Source of the DNA: Phallusia mammillata
Lineage: Eukaryota
NCBI GenBank assembly: GCA_965637545.1
Contig: OZ281500.1
Span: 2,170,001-2,234,000, forward strand
Length of the DNA stretch: 64,000 nucleotides
Reading direction: 5' to 3'
Shown: one piece after another, positions 13,701 through 25,327 of the stretch
Layout: every line of letters begins with the position of its first letter
Position numbering within the stretch: position 1 is the stretch's first letter
Translations under genes and position numbers: made by a program
Notes under the pieces: generated by a model
What the model saw: the letters and a program-made list of their open reading frames with translations, nothing else
Database searches by the model: none
Told to the model about the DNA's origin: nothing

Positions 13701-14733
13701 AAACGTTAGTGGATGGGATGAAATTGATTGGGAAGTAAAGGTTTACTGATAGGTATGATGTGCTTGCGCTGTTGTCTTATCTTCATGTGAAGATATTAAG
13801 CGTTAAATGGTATAGCAGACTGCAAAGGCAGTGATGATTAGATCATGGGTGCTACCAAGGGCGCTGAAATTTAACAGCCAGGCAATATTTTAAGGGTGTT
13901 AAACGCGAAAGTATGCAGCATTTTCTGTAGAAATCAAAGGTTCAATTGCTAATTTCGTCCTCATACAAAGGTTTATTCGTGTTTAGCGTTTTGCGATGGA
14001 CAGTAATAAAATTTGCTAAACGCACGCGAAAAGCCGTATTGATGCGACGCATGATCTCTGGGCGGGGAAAGGCCCGGAAATTACGTCATGGCGTAGTCGA
14101 TTAGCGATTGGTCGAGAAGAGATTGGGCATATACGGAAGTAAAGCGCTCAGTCGCGTTTAACGGAGGAGCGAGCAAGACTGTTGAGACCTGGGTTCAATT
14201 AAATGCATGATGAGTGTGCCTGCGGTGTTGGTCATTTTAAGTGAAGCGTTTCCAGCAGGGTCTTTTTACAAAAGGGCGTCTGATCTACTTTAGGCTTGCG
14301 CTTTTATAAATACGCTGTTGAGTAAAACTTATTACTTACAGCATAAGGAGCGTGTAAGTTGTACACGAGTAACAGCAGGAATCTTGCACACATTCGTAGG
14401 TTATATGGTCTTTTTCTTGTCGTTAAAATGTTGTTAAACGAAGTACGCGTTGCTTTGATGTATGCAGTCGCAAAGTAACTTCACGATGAGACTAGTTTGC
14501 TGAACGTTAAGGGGTAACATAACCCACAATGCCAAACACATACTCCAGTTTTAGAATGGAAATAAAACTTGCAATGACATACTATATTAACTCTTGTTGT
14601 AATGCGAGATGTCCTGTTATCTCAACATTGCGTGTTCCTAACGTCATATTTTTTTATTCCCTGTACATTTAGGTAGTTGCAATAAATTGCTGTTAATTCT
14701 TTCTCGTGTTTTTTGTCCACAAACCGCTTCAAA

Positions 14734-16178
14734 ATGGCCACCAAACCAGACTTGTCTCAGGTAGAACAATTCGAAAAATCCAATCTCAAAAAGACTGAAG
14801 TCCAGGAGAAGAATGACGGTGCCAAGCAAGGTATTGTCAAATTATTTTATCTAAACATTAAGAATTAATGAATCGGGAAAATTTTCCTAATGTGTCATAT
14901 TGTTACTTCAAACATTAATATAATCTCGTCGCTTGTTTATGTATTTTTGGGCATTTATATCCCATGCATACAAGTCTATTTATTACATTTTTTTCTGCTG
15001 AAAACGCATAATAGCTTCACAACATAGTTTAGGATTCGCACTGACTGTAGCTTAAGTTTAACACAGCATTTGTTGACGTGGCAAAAACCTCTCTTGTTTA
15101 ATTCTATTTTGCCACTTGTATGCCTTATGCTGGGTAAATAAACACTTTTATAAATGAATAACCGTTCGAAAATACGTTTATCGGACAATCATCCGAAGCT
15201 GCTGTTGCATGCTTTTAAGCTAAAACGTGTAATCTAATCTGACTTACTGAACGTATTCCAAAAACCCAACAATGTACGGCATGAAAAGCATATGCGACGA
15301 ATCTTGTTCAATCGTAGGATTGATGTAACATACATTTAATTTTCTGTCATGTCGTTTCACACCAAAACACGGTGATATGTTTGAAACAGTGATATGGATG
15401 CTTTCTTTTGCCCTTTGCTTCCGTGTCCTACCTGTGAAATTGACCTAAGATCTTCATAATAAAGGTAGATGTAAAACAGTGACGCCTGTCACATCACACC
15501 AAGAAATACCAGGAGTCGAATTACGACTTAGTAAATTTTTTTATTGTGTTTTAGCCTACGCCCACGAAAAGACTTTAACCCAATTGTCGCAATTTCCCAA
15601 GGATAACCTTAAGCACGTATCGACTGAAGAAAAGAGCAATCTTCCCACGCAAGAAGGTAACGATTTGTCGTTTTCTGCTCGTTGTGTACCAATAAAACTG
15701 CAACCATGCACGCTTTATCGGAACAAACACCGTTTTAGGGCTGTTTGCACGACCGACCATATGAGCTAAACGTATTTTAAAAGAAAACTCATTATTCAAT
15801 GGTCGTTAGTTGCAATGTGAATCAGTATGTGGTAATGTTTTCTGTGAAAACAGGTTTTTGGTAAAAATGTGGACATTTTGTGTCAATGTAACGTTTTGAA
15901 GTCTGTGAACACTTAAACCCGACCGTTAGGGGCTAAATTTATATCTGCACGATTCTTAAATTCAATTTTGAAACGCGTTGTAGCGACCCTTGTGCATTAT
16001 TTATCACCAAACGTCACCTGTTGTGTTGAGGTACTTTTTGTTCTTAGTCGGTGATACTCGTTCCGCGCACGTATAAATATTTGTATTTGCTTCTGGGCCT
16101 TTGTTTATGTTTCAGCAAAGAAGCTAATTACTTTTGCGTATTGCAGATATCGAGGCGGAGAAGAAAAGCGGCTTCTAG
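14734..16178 (+). CDS. TMSB: Two-repeat beta-thymosin (WH2 actin-binding), 3 coding exons, 76 aa
   Basis: Exons 14734-14830, 15555-15656, 16147-16178 (phase-1 GT..AG introns) give MATKPDLSQVEQFEKSNLKKTEVQEKNDGAKQAYAHEKTLTQLSQFPKDNLKHVSTEEKSNLPTQEDIEAEKKSGF, with LKKTE and LKHVST motifs. Confidence 0.88.
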
Positions 16179-17034
16179 AAGATTCGGCAATTTTCACTTA
16201 CAGTCCCACCTTTTTTGCGTTTCAAAACTTCAAACAAAAACTTTTCCTTGCTTCATTTGGCTGCAAATCATCGCCCACCCTTAATGGCAGTCTGTGTACT
16301 CCTGTGTATATCCCCCCGCATGTAACAAACCCTCTTACCCACCCAAATGTTGTTGTTTCCTTTTCCCCTCTGCTTTGTTGTTTGTCTTTTTGCTGTAGCA
16401 GCACTGGAATAATCAATAAAACTAAGGAAAATTCTGTATTCAATCAAAACTTTCATTCGTGTAACCATTTGTCAGAAACACGCCCTGTTGAACCTTTTAC
16501 ACCCACCTTGAAATATTTTGTTGCATCACCACATTCCCTGTGCCAAACCAGGCGGTTTTTCAACACTCGTAGCTCTACTTTTGATCGTCTTGCGCTTGTG
16601 CCCCCACTGGCGGATTGTAGAATGTAGCATTTTAGCCACGTGGTGCTTCAGTAAGCCCGCACTGGCAAATGCCGTTTAGTAAATCACACCCTAATTTATT
16701 CAGAAGCAACGCGTGGATAATAAAACAACAAACAACTTGTGATTGATGGTATTTTTCAAGTGTGACTTCTACTAAACGTCAACAAAAATGTTGTATGAGT
16801 TAGCAAGTGTATAAATTATGCCGGGCATTGTCCAAATGACTAAACCATGAAGAAATCCAGCTTTGCTTATCTAACTCTAATGATCTATTCTTTAAATACA
16901 GATGAAGTTTCAACAAAATTTAATTATTTGGCAAATAATAAAACCAACACAACTAACATTGCAACAATAAATTTGAAATGGTAATGCACAAATAACAAGA
17001 TACACTGCATTTAAATCAGTTGTAACCATGAATG

Positions 17035-17766
17035 CTATTCACTTTTGGTTCTGGAACTCGAGCTAGAGGAATCCCCATACACAGACGTACTTTCACTTTC
17101 TGTGGATTTCTGTTTTGAATTCATAGGGTTGTAGTCAAGGTCAGTTCCTTGCATAAGCTCAGGTGGTGGTTGTAGTAATGATGCTTTGGTGCTTCGGTGG
17201 ATCGAAAGCACAAGGGATGCCAAAACATATCCAAATGCAGCTGAACAACTAACTACTAAACCACGTAGCCATGGCCTTGTAATAAATGCATATTCAGACT
17301 CCCAAAGCATGTCACCAATAATAAGCAAGGAACCAATAATACCAGCAATAATTGCATACTTTTTTAAGGTCCAGCGTTTCCAGTTTAGGTATTGCTCGTG
17401 CTTTAATTTTGCATCAAATAAAGCTTGTTTTAGAATTTCATCATTTGGACAAGACTTTAAACCAGCATCAAAGCTTTTAATTGCCACATGGTACATTTCT
17501 GCAGATATTTCAGCCTGTCCTTTTCTGTAGTGACCCTTTGGCCAATCAGGGATTAAGCGAATTGTGGTTTCAGCATCTTTCACAGCAAAGAAATGCTGGT
17601 CTACTTTCAAAAATGCCAACGAACGGTTGCTGTATAGAACAGGGTTGGCAGGTTCCATAGAAATCCCTTCAGAATATTGTATGATTGCTTCTACATATTT
17701 TCCTTCCTTCATTAAGGCATTGCCTTTGGCTTTTATTGAAGCAACAGTGCTTACCTTGTCAGCCAT
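17035..17766 (-). CDS. TPR-repeat co-chaperone-like protein with two C-terminal hydrophobic segments, 243 aa, intronless CDS
   Basis: Three TPR units (KAKGNALMKEGKYVEAIIQYSEGI, LYSNRSLAFLK, WPKGHYRKG), then YAIIAGIIGSLLIIG and GLVVSCSAAFGYVLASLVL, then a Ser-rich tail. Confidence 0.85.
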   Translation of the reverse strand: MADKVSTVASIKAKGNALMKEGKYVEAIIQYSEGISMEPANPVLYSNRSLAFLKVDQHFFAVKDAETTIRLIPDWPKGHYRKGQAEISAEMYHVAIKSFDAGLKSCPNDEILKQALFDAKLKHEQYLNWKRWTLKKYAIIAGIIGSLLIIGDMLWESEYAFITRPWLRGLVVSCSAAFGYVLASLVLSIHRSTKASLLQPPPELMQGTDLDYNPMNSKQKSTESESTSVYGDSSSSSSRTKSE

Positions 17767-18167
17767 AGTTAAATATTACAGAAATAATAAAACATGAGGA
17801 TTCAATTAACTAGCTGATTCTGAAACACAATTATTGTGATTAAATTAAAAATGTTAATTGCATGAATGAGTAGTTAATGCATAAGCAGATTGTCATAGTA
17901 AGTTGTAACAAAAAGATATTATGAAACTATTGCATTTCAGTATGATGTTAAATTTAGGAGGCAGTTACTTAATTCAGACAGACAAATGACTGTTTTTTGA
18001 TATATTTTAACACCAGCACACTCTGTTTCACCACAAAACTAAAACCTGATTCTAATTCTTATTCCCATACACTAGTAATCCTAACATTAGGTATTTCTTA
18101 TTGTAAACGTTCTTGAGTTTTTCAAACAAATGACTGCCTTCCATATTCCAATATAGCACAGTTAAGT

Positions 18168-18662
18168 TTATGAAAGTTCACTTTTCATAACATCCAAATC
18201 AAATCTTAGCATATGCCAGTCTTCCACTTCAGTCAGGTTAAGAGCACCATGCCTCTTGTAAAAACTCATAGCAGGGTTTGTCTTCAAGCAAGCAAAACGC
18301 ATTTGGCTACAACCGGTTTCCAAGGCAACCTTGTTGACGGCTTTCAATAAGTCAAAACCGACTTTCTGATTTCTGTATGCCTCTTTTACACAGATATCTT
18401 CAAGGTACATGATTCGGCCGTTCCATGTTGAATACTGATAGACGTACACAGCGTAGCCGAGTAACGTCCCATCGTCTTTTTCTGCAACAAACGCGTAATA
18501 ATACGGCGGATCTTTTTCAAATCCATCTCTTTCAAGAACTTGCACAGTCATGTTGTTTTGGTCCGCCATGTTTTCGGTTTCGGCCAGCTCCATTATCATA
18601 TTCTGTATTTCCGGGCAATCGCATTTTTTAGCTTTGCGCACGGTGTATTTTAGTTCAGCCAT
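18168..18662 (-). CDS. SAT2: Diamine/thialysine N-acetyltransferase (SAT2-like GNAT), copy 1, 164 aa
   Basis: ATG at 18662 (MAELKYTVRKA); motifs LERDGF, YSTWNGRIMYLEDICV, RNQKVG, NPAMSFY. Orthology with vertebrate SAT2 is not established. Confidence 0.88.
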   Translation of the reverse strand: MAELKYTVRKAKKCDCPEIQNMIMELAETENMADQNNMTVQVLERDGFEKDPPYYYAFVAEKDDGTLLGYAVYVYQYSTWNGRIMYLEDICVKEAYRNQKVGFDLLKAVNKVALETGCSQMRFACLKTNPAMSFYKRHGALNLTEVEDWHMLRFDLDVMKSELS

Positions 18663-19148
18663 TGTCTTGCAAGTTATAATCTCGACAAAAAATAAAATAA
18701 ATGCAGCTAATGCCAATCACGGTGCATCCCCTATGAGAACTCTCATTATGCCGCTTTTGGCGCTATACCCTATGCTTTTAAATACAAAAGACAAGAGCGA
18801 TTTTATGGTTTACCGTAAACTATAAGTATTTAGTGAGATAACATACTTATGAATAAAAAACAGTTCTCTTGACCTATCTTGCTTTGTTACTTTTTTTTGC
18901 GTCACACTCACCTTCACTCGGTTAAAAAAGAGCGGAGACGACTGTGTCACGGATGAATTTTTGCAAATGTGAACATGAAGTTGTTAATGGAGGACATGTC
19001 TGAGATACGGGAATAGCGGACAGACGGAAATCGGGGTCTAAAAGACGAGAGAAACGGGATTACGGGTCAGGCGGGAAAAGTGACAAACTAAAAGACGGGA
19101 GAGGCGAGACTAGGTGAAAGTTCACATGCATTTCTTAAAGCGTTAGAC

Positions 19149-19497
19149 CAGTGGTTCCCAACCTTTCGTTGACCGTGGCCCCCTAAAAGTAACTTTTGGG
19201 CCTCATGGCCCCCTAAAAGTAACCTTGTAGAACCTGCGGCCCCCTTAAAAATGTAAATGTCAATCTCGTGTTGGAATTCGGTACTATTTCGGCTTTAAAC
19301 AGGTCGAATAGCGCAAACAAGAATCCGTTATCGTGAAAAACTGCAATACAGACAAATAGTATGTGAAATAGTCGATTAAATTAGGGAATAAAGTTAAAAA
19401 GAAAACGGCTTTTAGTGGGTGTTTCAGGTGAATCTACACCCGTGGCCCCCTGGAACACAGCTCGTGGGGGGCCAAGGGCCCTGGTTGGGAACCACTG
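19149..19497. mobile_element. hAT-type MITE
   Basis: TIRs CAGTGGTTCCCAACC / GGTTGGGAACCACTG; TSD CGTTAGAC at 19141-19148 and 19498-19505. Confidence 0.9.
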
Positions 19498-19669
19498 CGT
19501 TAGACGGAACTGCGAAAAAGCATTTGATCGACATGACTAAAATACGGGACTGGTTGAAAGTTCAATCAGTTCTTATAGCGTTAGACGGGACTACGGAATT
19601 GCGCATATTTAGCATGACTAAAAGACGGGACTGGGTGAAAGTTCACAGGCACCTCTTGTAGCGTTAGAG

Positions 19670-20091
19670 TAGCGGTTCCCAGACTGGGGTCCGCTGCCCT
19701 TTAGGGGTCCGTAAAGCAATTTTGCGGGGTCCGCGAAAAGGTTGAAGTACCTTTATAATCTTATTTGGCGTCAATTTGTTTCACTGAATAAGTCAAAATC
19801 AAAGTAGAAATAAAGATCGACTATCTCCAATGCGAAACAATAGCTTTTATTTCATGACAACTATCACAAATGCAATTGTTCGCGCACCATCGTAATCTTT
19901 TCTGTCTTGTCTGTAATGTCACAAACTGTATTTGGATTATTGTAATGCGTAATTTTGCGTATTAAGCTAAAACTCTGCAAATTAACTTTCGTTTTGCTAC
20001 AATACACGTTCAGGCTTAAGGGCCGCGAGCCATCGATATAGTGGCAACGGGTCAGTTTTGCAACAATAATAAAAAAGTTCGAAAACCACTG
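19670..20091. mobile_element. hAT-type MITE
   Basis: Imperfect TIRs TAGCGGTTCCCAGACT / AGTTCGAAAACCACTG; TSD CGTTAGAG at 19662-19669 and 20092-20099. Confidence 0.8.
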
Positions 20092-20518
20092 CGTTAGAGG
20101 AACAACAAAAAAGCACAAACCCTGGGACTAGGTCCCGTCTTTTAGTCATGCAGGATATGCGTTATTTCGTAGTCCCGTCCAACGCTATAAGCACTGCATG
20201 TGAACTTTCACCCAGGCCCGTCTTTTATTCAAGTTTAATATGCGATTTTCCGTAGTCCCACCTCTTCCGTCTTTTAGTTTGGCACTTTTCCCGTCTGTCC
20301 CGTAACCCCGTCTATCCCGTCTTTTAGACATCGATTTCCGTCGTCCCGTGTTTTAGACAGATCCGTTTATGTTTCTTAGTTTCGTTTACGCTTGTTGTCT
20401 ATAAGCACCAAGTCAACTTAGGGGAAAGATAACTGATTCGAACCAGAATGCTTAGATTCCCTATTTTTCGTGTGACCGGAATGGAAAATTTTGGTAAGAC
20501 GTTTGGAAATGTTTGGGG

Positions 20519-20911
20519 CAGAGTTGCAAGCGGGCCCGAAATCTGAGCCCGAACCCGGCCCGAACCCGGCCCGAACCCGAAAGTATAAGCCCGAAGCCCG
20601 ACCCGAACCCGAAACGTTTTTGAGAAGCCCGTTTAGGCCCGAAATTTTGATTGACAGGTCTATCCACGAAAGCCTTGCAACAAAGTATGAGAAAGAAAAA
20701 AAGAGAAAAGACAACAAACACAATGAACAATAGTAGACAATGGGGTAAACAATACGTTTTAGACCAGGGTGGGCATTCGATCAAAGCGAGAGAATTGTTG
20801 CTAAAAAATGACGGAAACGGAACGTAAAGTCAGGCCCGTTTTGAGCCCGTTTTCTGACAAATACCTAAGCCCGAACCCGGCCCGAAAAGCCCGGCCCGAC
20901 TTGCTACTCTG
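20519..20911. mobile_element. hAT-type MITE with CCCGAACCCGG subterminal repeats
   Basis: TIRs CAGAGTTGCAAG / CTTGCTACTCTG; perfect TSD GTTTGGGG at 20511-20518 and 20912-20919. Confidence 0.85.
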
Positions 20912-21068
20912 GTTTGGGGTGTACTGTATAAAAAAATGACCAATGCCGTCATAACCAGCGTTTCGAGTTTAGGTAATGCCTGTGCTTTGATTTTACATCA
21001 ACTAGCGCTGTTTTCAGAATATCATTATTTGGACAAAACTTTAAATCAGCATCACAAATATGAATTAC

Positions 21069-21500
21069 CAAATGGTACATTTCTGCAGATATTTCAGCCT
21101 GGAGTGGCCCTGTGGCCAATCAGGAGGTTGGGCGAACTGCGGTTTCGACTTTTTTTCACTGCAAAGAAATGCTGGTTTACTTTCTAAAATGGGAGCGGTT
21201 GTTGCTAAGAACGGTAGAGCTACTAACACTGGAATTCGGCTGACGCCCGGTCTGGGAATTTCTGGTAGGTGGCGCAACGGAGCGTAGGAGTTTATGGTGC
21301 CGACTCAACAATTTTGGTTTATGGTAAAAATGATTGCTGAGTCAGCACCATAAACGCTTATGCTCTGTTGCGCCACTTACCAAACCAGGCGTCAGCTAAG
21401 TTCCAGTGTTAAGTGTTGGTAGTATTACCGTTAAGAACAGGGTTGGCAGGTTCCATAGAAATCCCTTCAGAATATTGTATGATTGCTTCCACATATTTTT
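21069..21500 (-). pseudogene. Degraded partial duplicate of the TPR gene
   Basis: Aligns to about 17487-17700 with indels; interrupted by the palindromic insert at 21211-21431; no intact ORF. Confidence 0.8.
21211..21431. mobile_element. Small palindromic MITE inside the TPR pseudogene
   Basis: The two halves are imperfect reverse complements (ACGGTAGAGCTACTAACACTGGAA... / ...TTCCAGTGTTAAGTGTTGGTAGTATTACCGT); TAAGA occurs on both flanks, so the exact TSD is ambiguous. Confidence 0.7.
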
Positions 21501-21790
21501 CGTTTCTTTATTATTACTCCACATATTTTCCTTTCTTAATATATTATGAAACTATTGCGTTTCAGAATGGCATTTGTTAAATCAGAAGGCAAGTACTTAA
21601 TTCATTCAGACAAATAAAATGTTCTTTGATACATTTTAACACCAGCACACTCTATGTCACCACAAAACTAAAACTTGATTCTAATCTTTATTCCCATACA
21701 CTAGTAATCTTAACATTAGGTATTTCTGATTTAAAACATTCTTAAGTTTTTCAAACAAATGACTGCTTGCATATTCAGAGACCTTACCAA

Positions 21791-23754
21791 TGTAGGGGTA
21801 AAGGTCCTGATGACGTCGTACTTTCACTGCAGAAGTATCTTTGGCTGTAAATGTTTTACACCCTTAGGTCCTTGGCTATCTGAGCTACGGCTTGTCTGTG
21901 CTTAGTCCGATATATTGGACGGCGTTGAACATTGAGGTTAGTTTATTGAGTTAGCTAGTAGCATCGCCGATATTGTAGCGAGAGAGAGAGCTAGCCTCTG
22001 ATTCTTATATCGTTACAACACACGTGAATATATATAGTGAAAAAGGTGGCGATGACGTAACTGTACAGATGGTAAAAGGTGTTAAACAGCGACAAATGAC
22101 AATCGAGGTCGAGCACTGATAAGGTGACGATGACGAAATACAACGTTCATGCAATCACAGTAACTCGTATGATATATGCGCTTATTTGTTCTGTAATACA
22201 CGATACACCACACAGGCCACCCCGCCGAAAAGTGCTTTTCCGGAGAGCTAGTCTTTCGTGTGGTGGCATGCAGGTAGAGGTGTATACAAATAAAATTCGT
22301 TTTGACATCTGGCTTGTGCTAGAAATTCGAATGTGTAAACAACTTAACGAGACATAGTACTTGGCAGGGTTGGCTAACGTACACGGTTTGGTGTGGGCAA
22401 AGTGAAAATGCACATGTGAAATTCTGGGGCAGTGCCTCCAACATGTGTTGACTGGCAGTGCGGTGCAATCTGCAGTCTTATGAAATGTGTCGCTTTGTCG
22501 GATGGTATAAAGTAAAGTAATGCTTGGCGACTAACAGCATTACTGCCTACGAGAGCGTGCTCGTAGTGAAATGTGCTCAAAATGAGCTAGCATCGGCGCT
22601 CAGTGAACGCTAGCGCGACTATGGCGCTTTGTATAAACAGTGCCCTATGCGTTTAGCTTAAACACCAGAATTACCGCTAATACGAAGCATTCCCTCTGCA
22701 TTTTTCCTTAGCACGTTTTAGCTAAATAAAATTCGTTTATCGTATAGAATTACATTGCCATGTCAAGTCTAAAATCAATTTTGTACAGTACCAACCTATG
22801 GTAGTCACTATAGGGAAGGTCGTATAACAATACTGACGAAGTCATTAGAGGTTTGGACATAACACAGGGTTAGGCGTTTTGACGTAGTCATTAAAAAGTT
22901 TTCTAACATAACACAAAGTTAGGCGTAGCTTAGTAATAAAACATGCATCAAAAATGAAACTTAACTTGTAGTGTTTTTAACAAGCAACATCGTCATCGAC
23001 GCTGTGGACCATTTTGCTTTGTCGTCTTCTTTTTTCTTGCTCTTCTTTGTCATGGCGACTTTTGTTCTTCAGATAACGGAGGTATTGCGGCTTCTCGGTT
23101 GTTCCTCCGTTAGGTATCAACGAGTACGTATTGCCCTCAGTATGTTGGCTGATAGACATGTCCGGGTAAACCATCTTGATTGCGGACGGTTGACCGATAG
23201 TTGAATTAAACCAACTGGCAAAATCGTCTTGAAGACTGTTGGTTTGAAATTGCCAAGGAACTGTAAATGGACAGCTGAGAGTTTCGTAGTTGAGTAGTTG
23301 ACCGTCAAGATCACGTCGGGTTCACCAATTTATGTAGGGGTAAAGGTCCTGATGACGTCGTACTTTCACTACAGAAGTATCTTTGGCTGTAGATGTGTTA
23401 CATCCTTAGGTCCTTGGCTATCTGAGCTACGGCTTGTCTGTGCTTAGTCCGATATATTGGACGGTGTTGAACATTGAGGTTAGTTTATTGAGTTAGCTAG
23501 TAGCATCGCCGATATTGTAGCGAGAGAGAGAGCTAGCCTCTGATTCTTATATCGTTACAACACACGTGAATATATATAGTGAAAAAGGTGGCGATGACGT
23601 AACTGTACAGATGGTAAAAGGTGTTAAATTGCGACAAATGACAATCGAGGTCGAGCACTGATCAGGTGACGATGACGAAATACAACGTTCATGCAATCAC
23701 AGTAACTCGTATGATATATGCGCTTATTTGTTCTGTAATACACGATACACCACA
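21791..23754 (-). mobile_element. Non-autonomous LTR retroelement (Gypsy-like hallmarks), 1964 bp
   Basis: Two 422-bp direct repeats (21791-22212 and 23333-23754) with TG...CA ends; 4-bp TSD CCAA at 21787-21790 and 23755-23758; PBS and a G-rich tract define minus orientation; the 1120-bp interior has no gag/pol ORF. Confidence 0.9.
23311..23327 (-). promoter_or_regulatory. Primer-binding site complementary to the tRNA-Trp 3' end
   Basis: Minus strand TGGTGAACCCGACGTGA, 5 nt inside the 5' LTR; complements ...UCACGUCGGGUUCACCA, a tRNA-Trp-type 3' end (from memory, one position differs from the vertebrate sequence). Confidence 0.75.
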
Positions 23755-23764
23755 CCAATATAGT

Positions 23765-24259
23765 TTATGAAAGTTCACTTTTCATAACATCCAAATCAAA
23801 TCTTAGCATATGTTGACCTTCCAGTTCAGTCAGGTTAAGAGCACCATGCCTCTTGTAAAAACTCATAGCAGGGTTTGTCTTCAAGCAAGCAAAACGCATT
23901 TGGCAACAACCGGTTTCCAAGGCAACCTTGTTGACGGCTTTCAATAAGTCAAAACCGACTTTCTGATTTCTGTATGCCTCTTTTACACAGATATCTTCAA
24001 GGTACATGATTCGGCCGTTCCATGTTGAATACTGATAGACGTACACAGCGTAGCCGATTAACGTCCCATCGTCTTTTTCTGCAACAAACGCGTAATAATA
24101 CGGCGGATCTTTTTCAAATCCATCTCTTTCAAGAACTGGCACAGTCATGTTGTTTTGGTCCGCCCTGTTTTCGGTTTCGGCCAGCTCCATTGTCATATTC
24201 AGTATTTCCGGGCAATCGCATTTTTTAGCTTTGCGCACGGAGTATTTTAGTTCAGCCAT
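23765..24259 (-). CDS. SAT2: SAT2-like N-acetyltransferase, copy 2, 164 aa
   Basis: Intact ORF, highly similar to copy 1; the LTR element starts 10 nt past the stop codon. Confidence 0.88.
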   Translation of the reverse strand: MAELKYSVRKAKKCDCPEILNMTMELAETENRADQNNMTVPVLERDGFEKDPPYYYAFVAEKDDGTLIGYAVYVYQYSTWNGRIMYLEDICVKEAYRNQKVGFDLLKAVNKVALETGCCQMRFACLKTNPAMSFYKRHGALNLTELEGQHMLRFDLDVMKSELS

Positions 24260-24637
24260 TGCCGTGTAAGTTATAATTTCTACAGTCTACACGTCTTCAA
24301 ATGATAAAAAAAAGTAAATAAATAAATAAACTTACCTTATACCAAATTGCAAAGGGTGCAAATTTTTTTCGCAATTTGGTACCACGCAAATTTGGTACCA
24401 GTGTAGTGTTTAAGCACACGTTATAGCTATTTCGCATATGCATTATGTGTCTCTTTCCGTATAATGCACTACCATATCGCTATTGACAGCTGTATTAGGC
24501 CTACAGGTTCCTATTTTATAAACGACCACCAAGTGTCTTAATCTTTTTGTTTATAATCTAATGATTTAAAGAAATTGATTTAAGTCACAATATCACATTT
24601 ATGGTGCCTGAACTCCAGATTAATTTATAACCAAATC

Positions 24638-25105
24638 AAAGAGTTACCAAACTTTTTTCTTCTGGGGGCCGGATAAGTTTAATTATGATTCGCGCGCGCC
24701 GCATTCCCAAGCGCCGTTTTTTATAAGGGTTCCGATTCCAAGATATGGTCTTTCTGCAATCCTATTTAAAATGTGGTCGAGCGACTGTTAAACTGTGTAG
24801 TTTCATCTTACAAGCAATACTTACGTCACAAATAACAAACGAAGACAATTGTTTGCGCACAATTAATACTTGCAGTCTTGTCTGTGACATAACAAACTGG
24901 CTTTGGATTAATCCTGGGCGTTGTAATCCTAGGACACCAGTTAATATTAATTCTACATATCGTGTCAGGAAAACTTTCGTGAGGGGTGAATTGATTTTTG
25001 AATGTTACAAAGTTATCAATACGATTTGGCAAACCAAAAGATGGCCGCGGGAAGGATAAAATGACTTCCGGATCCGGCCCACGGGCGGTAGTTTAGTGAC
25101 CCCTG
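24638..25105. mobile_element. Degenerate hAT-type MITE
   Basis: Right TIR AGTTTAGTGACCCCTG; left AAAGAGTTACCAAACT; TSD ACCAAATC / ACCTAATC (7 of 8). Confidence 0.65.
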
Positions 25106-25327
25106 ACCTAATCCATAGAGCATAGATTGAACTGTACGGTTTAATGATAAGTCTCAATTGTTAGTGACGTCACTATCTAAGTTGTTGATTTGTTTCTTGC
25201 TTCAAACTCTGTCACATATTGCTACCGAGATCTCTCTAGTAGCCCCACAAAATTGATTTAGACTGTAACGTTTCTAGTTTGCCTATTAACACTACTATAT
25301 CTGACTTAAGTCTAAACTGGCCTCACA

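Larger units (their letters stand above)
18992..20364. mobile_element. Foldback element with internal ~80-bp subrepeats, interrupted by two MITEs
   Basis: Left arm GGACATGTCTGAGATACGGG...GTCTAAAAGACG is mirrored by CGTCTTTTAGAC...GTGTTTTAGACAGATCC; the subrepeat AAAGACGGGACT-GGTGAAAGTTCAC...GCGTTAGA occurs three times in the left arm and inverted in the right. Confidence 0.7.

Noticed and set aside
17186-18825. Plus-strand ORFs overlapping the TPR and SAT genes (and equivalents at 24022 and 33013)
   Set aside because: Antisense shadows of real minus-strand genes, repeated only because the genes are duplicated.
22977-23174. gag remnant in the LTR element interior
   Set aside because: Short, with no CCHC knuckle or protease/RT/integrase motif.
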